DNA of 64,000 nt from Camelus dromedarius (lineage: Eukaryota). Below, piece by piece: positions 1-13,565 of this stretch. Position numbers and translations under genes: made by a program. The stretch covers positions 87,856,001 through 87,920,000 of the forward strand of contig NC_087436.1 in assembly GCF_036321535.1 (NCBI RefSeq), given 5' to 3'. How positions within the stretch are numbered: the first letter of the stretch is position 1; every line of letters begins with the position of its first letter. A model generated the notes under the pieces. It was not told the DNA's origin, did not search any database, and saw only the letters and a list, made by a program, of their open reading frames with translations.

Positions 1-249
1 GATATTTTAACCCCAATTGGTTCAGATAGCTGTCCCCTTCCATCTTGACTTCCTGTCTGTCATTTCCCTTATATCAAAGACATTAGAGTGATTACAGGCA
101 GTTTTGGGTCCTGCTGAGGAGAAACAGAGTGGGGACTGTGTCAGCTACAATTTTGAAAGTTGTTTTGGAAAGTTTCAGTAAAACAAGTGAGAAGTGACAG
201 ACAGCATTTGAATTATTTATTTTATTAAAAAGCCAAAAGGAAAACATTT

Positions 250-373
250 CCCCAACATCATTGAGGTATAATTGACAAAGCTGTATAAACTTAAGGTGTA
301 CAACATGGTGATATATGTATCTGTTGTGAAATGATTATCACAATAAAGTTAGCTAACACTCCCATCACTTCAC
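250..373 (-). mobile_element. L1MA-type 3' end fragment
   Basis: ttgaggtataattgaca...aaggtgtacaacatg...gaaatgattatcacaat matches an antisense L1MA 3' terminus. Confidence 0.7.
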
Positions 374-1255
374 CTATTTATCATCTGAAAGAAAATTCAG
401 ATTAAAAAAATTAGTGGAATATGAAATATGGTTATTGTCAAGAATGAAACCAATAGAAATTAGAATTTTTCTGACATTGAAAAGCAAATTGTGACCAAAG
501 AATTCCAGATCAGACCAAAAGCAATAATTCATCAAGAGAAAGAGAAAATTTTCAAATGGAATTAATAAATCGATTTTGAGATTGCTCGATAATCCCATTA
601 AGGAAGAGAAGTGAAAAATATATTTGATTGGAAAAATACTTTGATTTCTTGCAATTTTGACATGAAATGCTGCCATCTAAAAAGATAATAGAAATCATCA
701 CATATCACTGCAAGGGGGACATAGCAATAAACCGGTTAATAAGAGCTATCAATTCAAACAGTATTCAAGTTTACATCTTATACCAGAAAATTAGAAAATG
801 TCCTGAAATCTCATATATGGATCATAGGCATTTCCCCAAATTTCCCCACCAATGTAAAATGCACATGACCGTACAGATTGTGAAGCTGAGGGAAGTTCTC
901 AGCTATCAACAGGAGAAAAATTTTTGATGAACCATAATCAAGGAAAATCTGAATTAAATTTCTATTCTCACCAGAGAAAATATTACAAAATCTTTTTTAT
1001 GAAGGGACAAAGAATTTTTTAATGTAGGAAAAAAGAGTGTTAGGGAGGTGTATAAGATAACTAATTAATAAAAAATATTTTATTTGTGGCATTTGTCAGC
1101 ATTTTGAAATTTGTAACCATTGTCATTTCTTTCCTCATTTTAAAATAGTCTCTTCCAACTTTGACTTTGTATTTTTAAGTTTGTATTCTTTCCTCTAAAA
1201 GAGGGTCTCCTGAACTGAATAAACTACAGGTCCCACAAAGCCAGGACCTGGCCAG
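374..1255 (+). mobile_element. hAT-Tip100 DNA transposon remnant (Zaphod-like), 3' part
   Basis: Decayed hAT dimerisation-domain-like sequence at ~840-1000 (ttctattctcaccagagaaaatattacaaaatc), followed by the Zaphod-like terminus aaagagggtctcc...caggtcccacaaagccaggacctggcc. Confidence 0.7.
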
Positions 1256-1280
1256 GGTGTAAGTTAAAGTGGCAGTGTAC

Positions 1281-1416
1281 GGGGGAGGGTACAGCTCAAG
1301 TGGTAAAGCTCATGCTTAGCATGCATGAGGTCCTGGGTTGAACCAGTACCTCCACGAAAAATAAATAAATAAACCTAATTACCTCCCCACCCTGCAAAAT
1401 AACCCAAACAACAAAA
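1281..1416 (+). mobile_element. tRNA-Ala-derived SINE (camelid Vic-1-like)
   Basis: ggggagggtacagctcaagtggta...gcttagcatgcatgaggtcctgggtt followed by the aataaataaacctaattacctcccc tail. Confidence 0.9.
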
Positions 1417-1594
1417 TGGCAATATATTTTCTTAATAGAAAGAAATGAGGGTATCTTTTTGCAGCCTTTTGGGAGCGCTCCATCAGAGGCTGACCAGTGT
1501 GGTCACGGGGCTGTGGGCTGTACTGAGACTTGGCCAGCAGGTGGCAAGTGCAATAGAGCAGTTTCAAATCACAGCCCGTGTTGCCGAAGACATG

Positions 1595-1788
1595 GGAGTT
1601 TGAGATTTGCAGATATGAACTTCTATATATAAAATAGATAAGCAACAAGGTCCTACTGAGAACTACATTCAATGGCATGTAGTAAACCTGTAATGAAAAA
1701 GAGTATGTATATATGAACATATAACTGAATCACCATGCTGCACACCAGAAGCTAATACAACATTGTAAATCGAAAAAAAAATTTTTTA
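1595..1788 (+). mobile_element. 5'-truncated L1 3' UTR (artiodactyl-type)
   Basis: ggagtttgagatttgcagata...aaatagataagcaacaaggtcctactg...aacattgtaaatc plus A-tail. Confidence 0.85.
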
Positions 1789-2289
1789 ATAGCAGCAAGA
1801 TAAAAGGTTATTTTTGCACACTGCCTGGTACCAGATGTTTTGCTTTGGTGCTTTGGAGTATTTTAGAGGAATAATGTTTTAAGACAGATATGAAGCATAG
1901 CTTCCCTCACCAGTTAAAATAAATCCAAAGAGCCAGATATTTAATAGCACGTTAAACCCCCATCCCCCTGCCGTATTACAATTACGAGCACGTGCTTCAG
2001 AGTTTTACTGCACCAAAACCAGTTTCTCCTAAGGAGTATCTTCTTCCTTAGTACTCTGCAGGAGAGGCCATTGTTTTTCAACTTCAGAACAGCCTCTTCT
2101 AATCGTGAAAAGCAAATATTCATCTGCAGGGTCTGTTTCGCGCAAATCTTAAAAGAATTTCATGTTGATGAAGAACAGACAACGCAATCACAGCAGCGAC
2201 ATGAGCTGGTGGCAGGTGGCAAGGTCATGATCAATTAAACCCCAGGGTCCTTTCCAACACTGACGCCCAAGACCCTTGGCATAACTATT

Positions 2290-2530
2290 AACAGTAACAG
2301 CTGATACTTCCCCGGGGCTGGCTCTGTGCCAGCCATTGTCCCGAGTTCTTCACATTGTTGTATTAACTCAAGTAATCCTCACAACAATCTGCCACTATCG
2401 TAGCACTATTACCATTCTTATTTTCAGATGAGGAAACTGGGCCACAGAGAGGCTAGATAACTGACTAAGGTCACACAGCAAGTGACAGAGCCAGGCTTTG
2501 AGTCTAGGCAGCCTGGCTCAAGAATTGAGC
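2290..2530 (-). mobile_element. MIR SINE
   Basis: Core sequence ttttcagatgaggaaactg...aaggtcacacagc...agagccagg. Confidence 0.8.
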
Positions 2531-3849
2531 ACTTGCCTACCTGCTACTGCCTTTTGCTACAAGTCCAGTCCTATTTTTATCCCTCCTGAAGAGAACATCA
2601 TTATAAAGCAATCAGGAGGACACACCCCAAGAACAGCAATATTGCAATACTCCAGTCTTTTAACAATGGTGAAAAGGATGCCACCATTAAATCAGATTCT
2701 CCCCTGTGTGTAAGAAAGCTGCCTCGCCCAAGAGTGGAAGAGAGAGAAGTCTGCTTCACTCGCTTTCTCCCTCTGTAACTGATCGTGACAGCTGCCAGCT
2801 CAAAAACTTCCTATGGGACTGCACTAAGATTTCTCTCCTCAGTGCTCTACTCAAGTTATCCAGTCTCTCCTTTCATGCTGTGAAACTCTGAAAGAATAGG
2901 CTGTACCTGCCTTCCAGAATGACTCACTCACTCTTCAATCCTCAACCTGGCTTCTGCCCTATCCATTCTTGGGGAGCCGATCTCAGCGAGGTCACTGAGA
3001 ACCTTCCATCAGCCAACTCCCCCTCTCCCAGCCTCTTCCCTTGGCCTCCGTCACCCTCCCTGGCTCTCTTGCTAGTCTCTGCCCTTTCTTCCCTTGCCTA
3101 GTTTGATGACTTCCCCTCCTCCACCAGGCTCCTCTCATCTCTTCTCATTGGACACCTCTCCCTGGCCCTCCCATCCTTCTGGCCCTAACCGTCTCTTAGA
3201 AGCTGATGATTTCCACTAAGTTCTTGCTCCAGTCCCTCTCCTTTGCGCTCATCTCCTATTTCCTGCTCTCCAGTACACATCTCTCTTTGGATGTCTCTAC
3301 TCAAAATATCCAGAATATTATCTTCTGCCCACCGTCTGTGTTCCTTTTCTTACATTCCCTGGATCAGCCAGTGGCATCATCCTTTACCAAAGCTAGACAT
3401 CCCAGCACCATCCTGCATCCCTTCCCTTCCCTCGAATCCATCTGGTTAGTGAGTGATGGCGACTCTTCCTCTGACACATTTCCAGGCCTCTTCCACACTT
3501 GGTCTCCATTTCTGCAGCCCCTGCTCAGTCTCAAATCTGTTCGTCCTCATCAGCTCTGTACAACAGCCTTTCCTAACTTGTCCATCAGTCTACTTTCATA
3601 CCCACTGCCCCCATCCCCCCTCCCTAACTTCACCCTATCACACTTACCTTGTTCCTAAAATGAAGACCGATGACATTACTCTCCTACTTTAAGATCTTTG
3701 GTGGCTCCCCTCTAAGGACAGCTTAAGTCCCTCAGAATGTCATTTAGGGACTGCTGCAGTCTCAACTTGTGTGTCTAAGTTCACCTCTGGCTACAATGCT
3801 CACTCTCGTCCCTTACTACACACCCTAGACTTTAGCCAGACATCTGGAT

Positions 3850-4085
3850 GGGGCAAAGAGTGTAAGCTTGTTAGGCAGACCGCTGGGGGTCAACATCTAA
3901 CCCTCCCACTTCCAGCTATGTGACTCTAGAACTATGATTTAATCTCTCTGAGCCTCGGTTTCTTTATCTACAAGATGGCTATAATGATCCTTTTTCAACA
4001 AAGATGCCCCTTCACTGAACAAATATTTACAAAGTATCTACTACGTACCTAAGGTTGTGCTTACAACTCAATAAATGTTAGCTCC
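3850..4085 (+). mobile_element. MIR SINE
   Basis: cagctatgtgact...tctctgagcctcggtttctttatct...ctcaataaatgttagct. Confidence 0.7.
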
Positions 4086-5685
4086 TTTTCTCTACACCTA
4101 CTTCCTCCTCACCTTTGTTACTGCAGTTCTTTCCGCCCGAGTAGACCTCTCCCACCCCCTCCCCAGCCCTTCAAGGTCAGGTCCTTTACACTAGTAAAGG
4201 CTCAAGGCAAGGCTCGCACCGCTCCCTCAGTACCTGGACCAGTTATTTACGGTGTATTTTGTTAGCTTTCTAATGCATTCTTTCCTCTAGACTGAGAGCT
4301 CTTTGAAAGTAGGAATGGTGTCCTATGTATCTTTGCATCTCATGCATCTAAATATGTACATAAATACATTCAAGAGGGAAAATTACAGTGCTACCCATTG
4401 TTACCAAGAGGCTATGACTCTCTTAGCAGACTCTCTGGAGAATAATTATAGACATATTCTGCGTTGAAATGTCCCAGACATTTTCAAATTGCCTTTTATA
4501 TTGTGCTGAGTAACTTTTTGCTTGGGTACAATTAAACCCTGTGAATGAGACACATGAAATTCTTGAGAAAATAGGTATGAATGAACTATGTTTGGATGTT
4601 CTAATATTTGTATTAAGAAAGGGTAGTTAGTCAACCAGAAATCAGCCTTTGCTAATGTTTGTCTATTATTTTAAGTAAACAGCTTTGAATTAATGATGCT
4701 TAACTATGCATGCCTCTGCTATTATTATACACCTTTCTGTGACTTGTTTTGGTTTTGTTTCTCCCTCCCCACTAGAATGTAAATGTTCAAAAAGACAGGA
4801 ATCTTGTCCATCTTGTTCACTGCTGTGTCCCCAGAATCTAGGACAGTGTTTAATAACATTTGTTGTTAGATGATGAATAAATGAATGTATGCTGTATGTT
4901 AATTTTTAATAGAATGTAAATTATTAAAATGTAAAATATGTGCACCAATATATTTAAGGTAATGGTGGAATTATAACCTAAATGGTCCAATATTTGTAGA
5001 TGTCTCCATTTGCATGACCCACAAACACCTCAAGGTCTCATGTATTAATGTCTATTTGAGTTTCTAACCCACATCCTACAGCCAAACCATTTATTTCCAC
5101 ACTCCTTTGACCCAAATTCCATCCCCATTCCTTTCCTATTTTGAAGATACCCTTGCTTCTTTCCTTACTTGGTAGTCTGAGACATCTGATGTGACCTTCT
5201 CAACTTCCTTCTTCTCTATTTCAAAGTTAACTTCTCATTAACTTGACTCATGTTTCCCTTTCCATGCCTCACAGCTTCACCTCCATAAATTTCCTCTTTT
5301 CCTAGAATCCTCTTTCCAACTCTCCATAACTGAATCGTATTCACCCTTTACTGCCTACCACAGAAACCATCTTATCCATGAAGCTTTCTTAGATGTCTTC
5401 AGCCAGAAATAACCCATCCCTCATCGGACCTTTCTCAACATTTGACCGACATCTCTTTTAAGATATCCTAACAGAAATAAGGTTTGCTTTGTGCAAAGTA
5501 TTGTGGGTTTGGGGAAGGTTAACAGAACATGGTTCCAGCCTTTGAAGGCATGTAGTCCAATGGATGACAATGAAGCAATATTATCAAGAATGTTTTAGAT
5601 CCCTTCTTAGAATATAAACTACCTGAAGCAGGTCTTTGGTTTTCTTATCTTCATATCCCACAGAGCATTTCATATGGTGCCATGC

Positions 5686-5739
5686 ACACACAAACACACA
5701 CACACACAAAGAAGAAGAAAGAAACAAAGAAACAAACAA

Positions 5740-5787
<48 letters not shown>

Positions 5788-5845
5788 AGAGAGAGAAAAA
5801 GAAAGAGAGAGAAAGAGGGAAAGAAAAAAGAAAATTTCAAAAAAA
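5686..5845. repeat. Compound (CA)n/(GA)n/(GAAA)n microsatellite
   Basis: Directly visible; it produces the low-complexity ORFs at 5584-5994. Confidence 0.95.
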
Positions 5846-8178
5846 AGTGCTTGCCTGCCCTTCATACAACATTGTCCAGAAGGGAAGTCCTCAGACATCA
5901 TTCCCTGAATAAGGTAAGTGTCCTTATGATCAGTCAGCAGATGCAGATGGGAAGCTGTGTGCTAAAAAAGAGGTCATGCCTTCTTGTTTTTTAAAATTAG
6001 CCTGGAAGAAATGGAGACTCGGGCAGGAAAGGGGAAAGAGGTGAAGGACGGCAAAGTTAAGATATGCTTAGACCTGAAGAACCCAAAGCAGCCATAAGAA
6101 AGAAAGAAAGAAATAGGGAGAGAAACTATGAATGCGGGGGGAGGGAAGAAAAGGAGGACGGGGGAGGAGCCTTCTTTCTGTCAGAAGCTAACTGTAAGTT
6201 TTGTTTTGTTTTATTTTAAATGAGCCTTTTTTTTTTTCTTTGGCTACCTCCCTTCCCCACATATTCACTCTAAAACAATTTTTAAAATTTGCCTTCCCAT
6301 TGTTAAAAGCCTAGCCTAATATTTTGGGATTCCTCTGACCCCACGAGTGTTTTCCACTTTGCTCCCCGATGCTTAAAATCCCTTTAACTGGAATAGAGCT
6401 TTTCATGCACAGTAAAGGTAAACGGCTAAAAATGTAAATGCTGGGTGGGTTCAGTACTACAAACTTATTAAACCACAGGTCAAAGACTGGTCCTGATCTA
6501 GCCATCTGCACAGACAGTGGATCCAACAGTTATTAGCCAGTCCTCTGCCTCTAATCTCTTGTGCCTCTCATCCAGTATTTCCCAAATTTCAGTCATTTGC
6601 ATGCCATCTTCAGGATTTTGTTTATCCACCTATTCTATTGTTTAATTTTCTCTTTAAATTAACTCACTTTTTCTTCTTCAATACACATATTTTAAGAGAA
6701 AATTTTGTATTATGCAGCAATTTCTGAATTCACAGTTGATTATAACTATTCACATTTTAAAATGTATCCATGTACCTAGGGGTTATATACAAAACATTTA
6801 ACAGTCCAGACTGGCAGAGGGACAACGAACGAAGAGTGATACTCTGTCAGTTCTTCCTACCTGAGTGTCAGCCCCGCACACCCCACCTAAAATCATGCTG
6901 TGTACACTTACTGATACACTTACTATATATGGAAATTCTGCTGCAATCCATGCTACCTTCCTTTGCAAATGTCTATCTTCCTAAAATGCAAATCTGTTGT
7001 TGCTTTCTTGATCAAAAAATTTCAATGCCCGCTGCCCCACATGACCTATAGCAGAAAGTCTGAACTCATTCACTTGGCATTCAAAGCTTATGTAATAAGA
7101 CAAGTTATCTTTAATTTATTCATTTAATGGATATTTATTTATTGAATGCCTATTATGTGTCTTTCCAGCTTTATCTTCCACTATTGCCTTTAACATAACT
7201 TAAGCCCCCACCACACTTAAACCCTAGAACATGTCCTGCTCCTTCTCACCTCTGTTCCTCTGCTCACACTGCTCCATTCCTCGCTGCTGCTGTGCCCTTT
7301 CACAGCCAGGCATCTCCATCCATTAGACTCCTACACAGCTTTCTCCTCCATGAGGCCATCCCACATTCTTCTGGACCAGAAATAGTCTCTCTTCTCTCTT
7401 CTCTCTTCCCTCCCATAGCCTTTTGCATCTATAGGGTATTAAAGTGCATCATAGTTGTATTTATGCCTGACTTTACCCCCTTACAACCCGAATATGTTTC
7501 CAAAAGTGATCTTGCCTGACCAACCTCCCCTATCCAGTGTCTAATCCAATGTCCAGCCCAATCTCTTGCATCGTTTGATAATGTCTCTTGAACTCAATTT
7601 AATATACAAACTGTCCCCTAGCACTACCCCTACCTATTCCACAAAATCTCAAGTTTAAAAAACACAAATTAGCCCTAGGACATACATTTGCTGACTTGTT
7701 ACTCATCCAGAGATATGTAATTTGGAAAGTTTTCCAAAACTTTGCACCTGCTTTGCAGGCTACCCCGTTGTGCTGTGCCACGGGGTCCTATTTTGAGGAC
7801 TGGATGGAATGTTTCAAAAGACAAGAGGAAAGTGTAGGGAATTGAAAGCTCCATCAATCTTACATGGGCCAGCAAGTTGCAACTAGCACTCCATGCAAAA
7901 GATGCCAAGAGGGAGAGTCCCCTGTGAGTCAACCATGGTGCCCATGAAAACAGAGGAAAACATTTCCAGCTGTTTGGCCACCAGGGAACAGCACTGTCAT
8001 TCTCTCTTCATTTCTGATATAGCTGGAAAGGCCATAAAGTGCTCTGCAAATTTATTTCTTGGGCTTTCTGCCATGTTAAACTTTAACCTTTTATAATTTC
8101 CCTTTCCTGTTAAAATCTATAAAACTCAGCTCTAATTAGGTCCCCATAAAGGGCCATGACATTTATTCAGAACTTCTT

Positions 8179-8465
8179 TCCATTTTTTTTTAATTGAACT
8201 ATAGTCGGTTTACAATGTTGTGTCAATTTCTGGTATACAGCATAGTGTTTCAGTCATATACATATGTACGTATATTCGTTTTCATATTCTTTTTCATTAC
8301 AGGAAGATATTGAATACAGTTCCCTATGCTACACAATAGAAACTTTTGTTTATCTTTTTACATATAGTATCTGCAAATCTCAAACTTCCAATTTATCCCT
8401 TTCCCCCCACCCTCTTTCCCCTCTGGTAACTATAAGTTTGTTTTCTATGTCTATGAGTCTGTTTC
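8179..8465 (-). mobile_element. 5'-truncated L1 with 15-bp TSD
   Basis: Antisense L1 3' UTR after a T-run. TSD tattcagaac(t/c)tctt at 8164-8178 and 8466-8480. Confidence 0.9.
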
Positions 8466-8835
8466 TATTCAGAACCTCTTAAAAGTCTACCTGCCTCAGA
8501 GTGGAAAAAAAAAATCCAAAAATTCATGGGAAGAACAACAGAAGCAAAGCCATCATGTCTCTTAAAGTGTCGACTGTTTGACAAGACGCTCAGGTGGGAA
8601 ACAGCTGCGTTTCGTTTGTCCTTAGGATCCTTTTGCTTCAATTCCTACAGCCACCCTCAACCCGGTGGCTGCTGGGGTCTGCCTGCTCCTCCTTTAAGGA
8701 CCTGGTTTATGCATATCCAAAAAAGATTTCCTTACCCCTTAGCACAGTTAGGGTAGAATTTTCCAGAAGACTTAACAAAATGACAAAGGGCACATGAGGG
8801 AAGTAAATACAAAAGCATAAGAGACAGTCTGGTTC

Positions 8836-9066
8836 AGTGGTTCTCAGACAGGCTTCTCTAGAAGACATTCAGCAATGTCTGCAGATCTTTTTATCATCAC
8901 AGCTGGGGAGATGCTATTGGCCTCTCGTGAGCAGAGCATTTCATTCCTCCCAGGTACGGTACCAACAGTATGATGCTGCTGACCCTCCTCCAGTGCTTGG
9001 GACAGCCCCCTGTGGCAAAGAATGTCAGTTCTAAATGTCAGTAGTGATGAAATTGAGGATCCCTGG
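8836..9066. mobile_element. MER20-like hAT-Charlie element
   Basis: Starts cagtggttctca, contains gatgctattggcctctcgtg and gacagcccc, ends ttgaggatccctg. Confidence 0.65.
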
Positions 9067-10299
9067 TAACAGGTGACAGGCCAAGAGAAAAAAGGGATCC
9101 CAGCCCTCGGGAGGCAGAGCAGAGCTGGCTGGGATGGCAATTAGAGTAAGATAGAGCTGAGACTCAGAAAGTGGCCACAGATGAAGGGTCTCATGTAAAG
9201 ACCTTCTCCTCACACTCCCTCCCCAGTCATCTTGACAGCTCGGTGGCCAAGTTCAAGAGAAAGAAAGACCCTCATTCTGTGACCCACATTCACTTCTCCC
9301 ACCCAGTGCTGCCATAAAGGCCTCTTTCCTAGTTGAAGACGCTAGGAACTCTCTCCCCCTTCAGGCGTGACCTTACCCCACGTCCACGTGACTGTGGCTT
9401 TACCCTGATAACCAACAGTATAAACACACATGATGCAAAACAATCACTGGAGCGTTCACGTGACACCAGTGCTCCACACGTGGCCCAAGCACGTCACTCG
9501 GGTACAAGTAGCATTCGGCACTGGCAGTCTCTGCAGCTGAGAAACAGTGGCCCAGAATGTTGTCATAAATGGATAGAAAGTCATCCATTTAACAAGTCCT
9601 GGTGCCAAGCCCTTTCTTTGCTAGATGCCAGGGATAGCACACTGAGCAAGATAGATCTGGACCATAAAAATGAATCAGTAAATTGCCAATTATAGTGAAC
9701 TAGGTGGCAGGCACAATGCTGTCTGTTTTATGTACGTAATTTCAAATAATTATAACAATAATCCCATGAGCTGAGTACTTCAAAGTTGAGAAAACAGGAT
9801 TGGAGAGTTCAGAGAACTTTGCCATGGCCATGCTTTTCTTAAACTGTGGAGGCAAGATTCAAATCCAAACCTGTTTGAAGCCATACCCTAAGTTCCTAGC
9901 CCTTCCTGGGATATGTCAAGAGACATTTTTAGAGCCTAAACCCCTTATTGTCTTCTGCCCCTTGACTGGTCAGCACAAATTTGCATCCCCTCAGTGGCCG
10001 GACAGGAAGGAAGATGAGAGTGGGAGAGGGATGCTGGCTCCTCCTCCTCGCTCCGCCTATAAAAGTTTATTTGCCCTGAGTAAGTGGTTATTTTTTGCAC
10101 CTGAGGTTGCATCCAGAGGGAGAGATGCGGGACCTTCTCCCACCGCTACGCACACCTGCCATCTTGCCACCGGCACAGTCTAATGCTCAGCTTGGAAGAG
10201 CCAAAAGATAAGAAATTAAAATGTTTCTTTCAGTGGTGACCAGACCCAGACAAGGGAAGGCACTAATACATCAGACAAGAGGAGAAAATGAAAGAATAT

Positions 10300-10475
10300 A
10301 GATCTTATTTGTTCCCATCACAGAAAAAGAAATAGTAATTATGTGACATGGTAGAGATGTTAGCCAAAGCTACCAGCGGTATCCCATTGCAATATACAAA
10401 CGTATCCAATCAACACTTTGTATACCTCAAACTTACCCAAAGTTAAATGTGAATTCTATTTCAATTAAAATAAAA
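10300..10475 (+). mobile_element. L1MA-type 3' end
   Basis: cccatcacagaaaaagaaatagtaattatgtga...atcaacactttgtatacctcaaactta...tcaattaaaataaaa. Confidence 0.75.
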
Positions 10476-10484
10476 GAATATAGA

Positions 10485-10582
10485 GGGGGTGGGTAGAGCT
10501 CAGTGGTAGAGCATATGCTTAGCATACACAAGGTCCTTGTTTCAATCCCCAGTACCTCCATTAAAGATAATAATAATAAAAA
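10485..10582 (+). mobile_element. tRNA-Ala-derived SINE (short-tail form)
   Basis: gggtagagctcagtggtagagcatatgcttagcatacacaaggtcc...ttcaatccccagtacctccattaaa. Confidence 0.9.
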
Positions 10583-13083
10583 CTTTTTAATGTGGAAAAA
10601 AATATACAGTAGAAACAGCCAGAAAATAAATGTATTAAATGTAACCCACAAGGGGGTTACAAAACTCCATCTTCACAAACGATACAAAAATGATCCAACA
10701 TGCTCATTTGTGATGCACGGAGCCCACAGGTATCTATGCTGATCAAGATCCGAACCATCTTACAGACAAGAATGGTTAATCCTATAATATGGACCCACCC
10801 AACATGGTACAATTGTTTCCTGTAGTTAGAAAAAATGCCTTTTCAACCCTGGAAAAGATTAGAAATGAATAAAGATGAAGAAGCAAATCAAAGTCACAGA
10901 ACTAACAGCCTTATATTCATTTGTGGAATCTGTTTTGTAATCAACAGGACACTCTTCAGGTATTATTTGAAGGATTATGTAAATGGCTGAAGAACAAGGC
11001 AGACTAGAAAATCTGATGGAGTATCCTGTGACTTCAGTTTGAAAGGTGTAGTTGGTTTCTGACTTGAAATTTTAAGTTGAAAAGGAAATGAAACCTTGAG
11101 GAAATACTTAATCAGTATTGAAATATTTAAGAGAATAAAAAGGTAACTATATTTATAAATTTAATTTATTTAATGTACAAGTGTTATCTAAGTACTTAGA
11201 AAGGTTTTGCTTGCAAATTTGGGTCGTAAATTTGCCTTGGGCATTTGAAGCACTTAAGAAAATTAACTATATTAAATGTATAAATACAATTTAAAATACT
11301 TAAGGGAGTTTAATTAAGTTTATAAGTGTAACCGATGTGTGGGGGTTTTAATCTGTTCAAATTGAGTTCATCTACCATTAATCTGAGAACAATTAAAGTT
11401 GACTGTTCCTGTTTTATTAGGTTTATAAAAAGTCTAACAAGATTTCTAAACTTAACACAAAACCTTAATAAAGCTAAGTTTTATTTTTTGCAATTTAAAT
11501 GTTTCAAATACAAATGAAAAAAAAATTCTTTCTAGATAAAACAGACACCACTTTAAGCATTAAAAAATTCAAGTGACAGATCTTAATGACTATGAGTGCT
11601 TCCCAGACTTTTTCAAGGGCTGTGGAAGGATGGCTGGTAGTTGACGTGGTCTACTGCAAGCACATATTTGCTTCGACATCTTATATATTAGTGTTAAAAG
11701 TAAATTTTGCACCCCATTCCATAATATATTTTTAAACATGAAAATATTTTGCCTAAAAACCTTCCTGAAAAGTTGACATTCCAAGAAGATGGGCCATGTT
11801 CATCCTATAGTTGCATACACTTCCTGACATTCTTCGAAGTCCCTGCAGGAGACAAGGACTCTTGTTGCAGAAGCATGACGTTGCCACTCACCCCTCTCAG
11901 CCCTCTCTCTCCATCTCAGGGTTTCTATTGCCAGAAAGCTGTTCCTTCCCGGTACCTCAGACCTTGGGTCTTTTCTTAAGGCAAAGGTGGTGTTGATAAT
12001 AAGCCAACCTTCTCCCACCTCCCCACCCCAGCCACTGTCTTGAGTCCTGCAAATGAGGTCATACTTCCCTGACCTGCACTGGAAACCACCTGTGCTGGTT
12101 ATCAAGGTCTTGTTTCTCAGCTCCAAACCCACCGTTTCATAAACTGCTCTGTGATGTTGTGGCTGGACTCTGCACTTTTATTTTGCCTGCTTGCTCCTTG
12201 TTGGGTTCCTCCAGTAGGGGGTGCTAGAGAGACCGCAAGGTCGCAGCCGCCGTTTAGCCTCTCAGCAGTAGCTGTTCCAGACTGCAGCTTTCTTGACATG
12301 CCCAGAAGCAGCCTCCTTTTACCCACTCAGTGGTACCAGCACCATCTGGACAAGGCTTCTTCCTTAGAGATCTGTGCCAGCTCCAAGGCCCCACCTCTGA
12401 ACTTCTAGATTTCGATAAACTCCACCTCTCCCTTTTGTTCCCAAATTTCTAAGGGGCGGTTAGTACCTCCTGTAGTTGTTGTCTGTTCACACGTGTTCCT
12501 TTTGCCCCTTCTGCCCTCTGACACCTCCTGTGTACATTATATTCCCTCTGTTGTAATAGCCAACAATAGAGGAGGGTGGCCTCTGTTTTCCTGGCTGGAT
12601 CCTGATTAACTCCACTCCCTGTTGCCCACCCCCATTGCCCCTATAACAGTCTTGACCCAGCCCTACAAGGTGCAAGGAAAAGGAGTTCCAGGCTCAGAGA
12701 GCACACTGAATCTCTGCTTACCCGGGTACCACGGTCTGTTGGCACTTGCCAGGCAAGCCAGTGGGTATCTTCATGCTCTATTATTTGTTTCAACAACAGG
12801 GAAGGTACTTTGGGGAAATACTTATCTTTGGGGTATACAAGAAATGTTTCATTCAAAAACGTATATATTCAATTTGGAAGAATCCCTATGAAGATTCTCA
12901 TAAAAGTCCTGGAGCTCATACTGTAATAATGATTCAGTTCTTCCTCCATCTCCATTTTCCTGGGAAGAACCGGAGGGGATAATTCCCTTTCTTGCTGTGC
13001 TCTCACCCAGACCAACTAGTAGCAGAACCAAGTCTGTTGCTTTTCTGTTCTGGCTTCAGAATGTGCTTAATCCAATCGTGTCT

Positions 13084-13565
13084 GTATTAATTTTCTATCA
13101 CTGCATAGAAAATACCACAAACTCAGTGGCTTTAAAACAACAAACATTTATTAGCTCACAGTTCTGTAGGTGAGATGTCTACCGTGGCATGGCTGGGCTT
13201 CCTGCTCTGGGTACCACAAGACTATAATCAAGATGTCTGCTGGCCTAATATTGAAGAAAACTTGGCTCCAAAGTTATCCCTGTCATTGGTAAAGTTCAGG
13301 TCCTTCCCATTGAAGGACTAGGGCCCCTATTCCATCGCTGTCCACCAGGGGTCACTCTCAGTTCTTGGAGGCTGCCACGTCCCTGCTCACTCCACCACCT
13401 CCAAGCCACAGCAGCTCATGGGATCCTTCCTGTGCTTCTGCTCCCTGACTTCCTCTTCTGGCCCCAGTCAGAGAAAACTCTTTGCTTTTAAAGAGTTCAT
13501 GTGATTAGGTCAGGCCCATCTGGATAATCTCCCTACTTCAAGGTCAACTGTGCCATACAGTACAA
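13084..13565 (-). mobile_element. MaLR solo LTR (MLT1 family)
   Basis: tgtattaattttctat...ccacaaactcagtggctttaaaacaacaaacatttattagctcacagttctgtagg...gattaggtcaggcccatctggataatctccct. Confidence 0.85.

Noticed and set aside
5584..5994. Charged or low-complexity ORFs (also 17725-18037 and 56978-57250)
   Set aside because: They are translations of microsatellites and purine tracts.
10045..10090. ccgcctataaaa...tga|gtaagt as a TATA promoter with a donor
   Set aside because: The donor is only ~17 nt after the TATA motif, upstream of where transcription would start; no other support.
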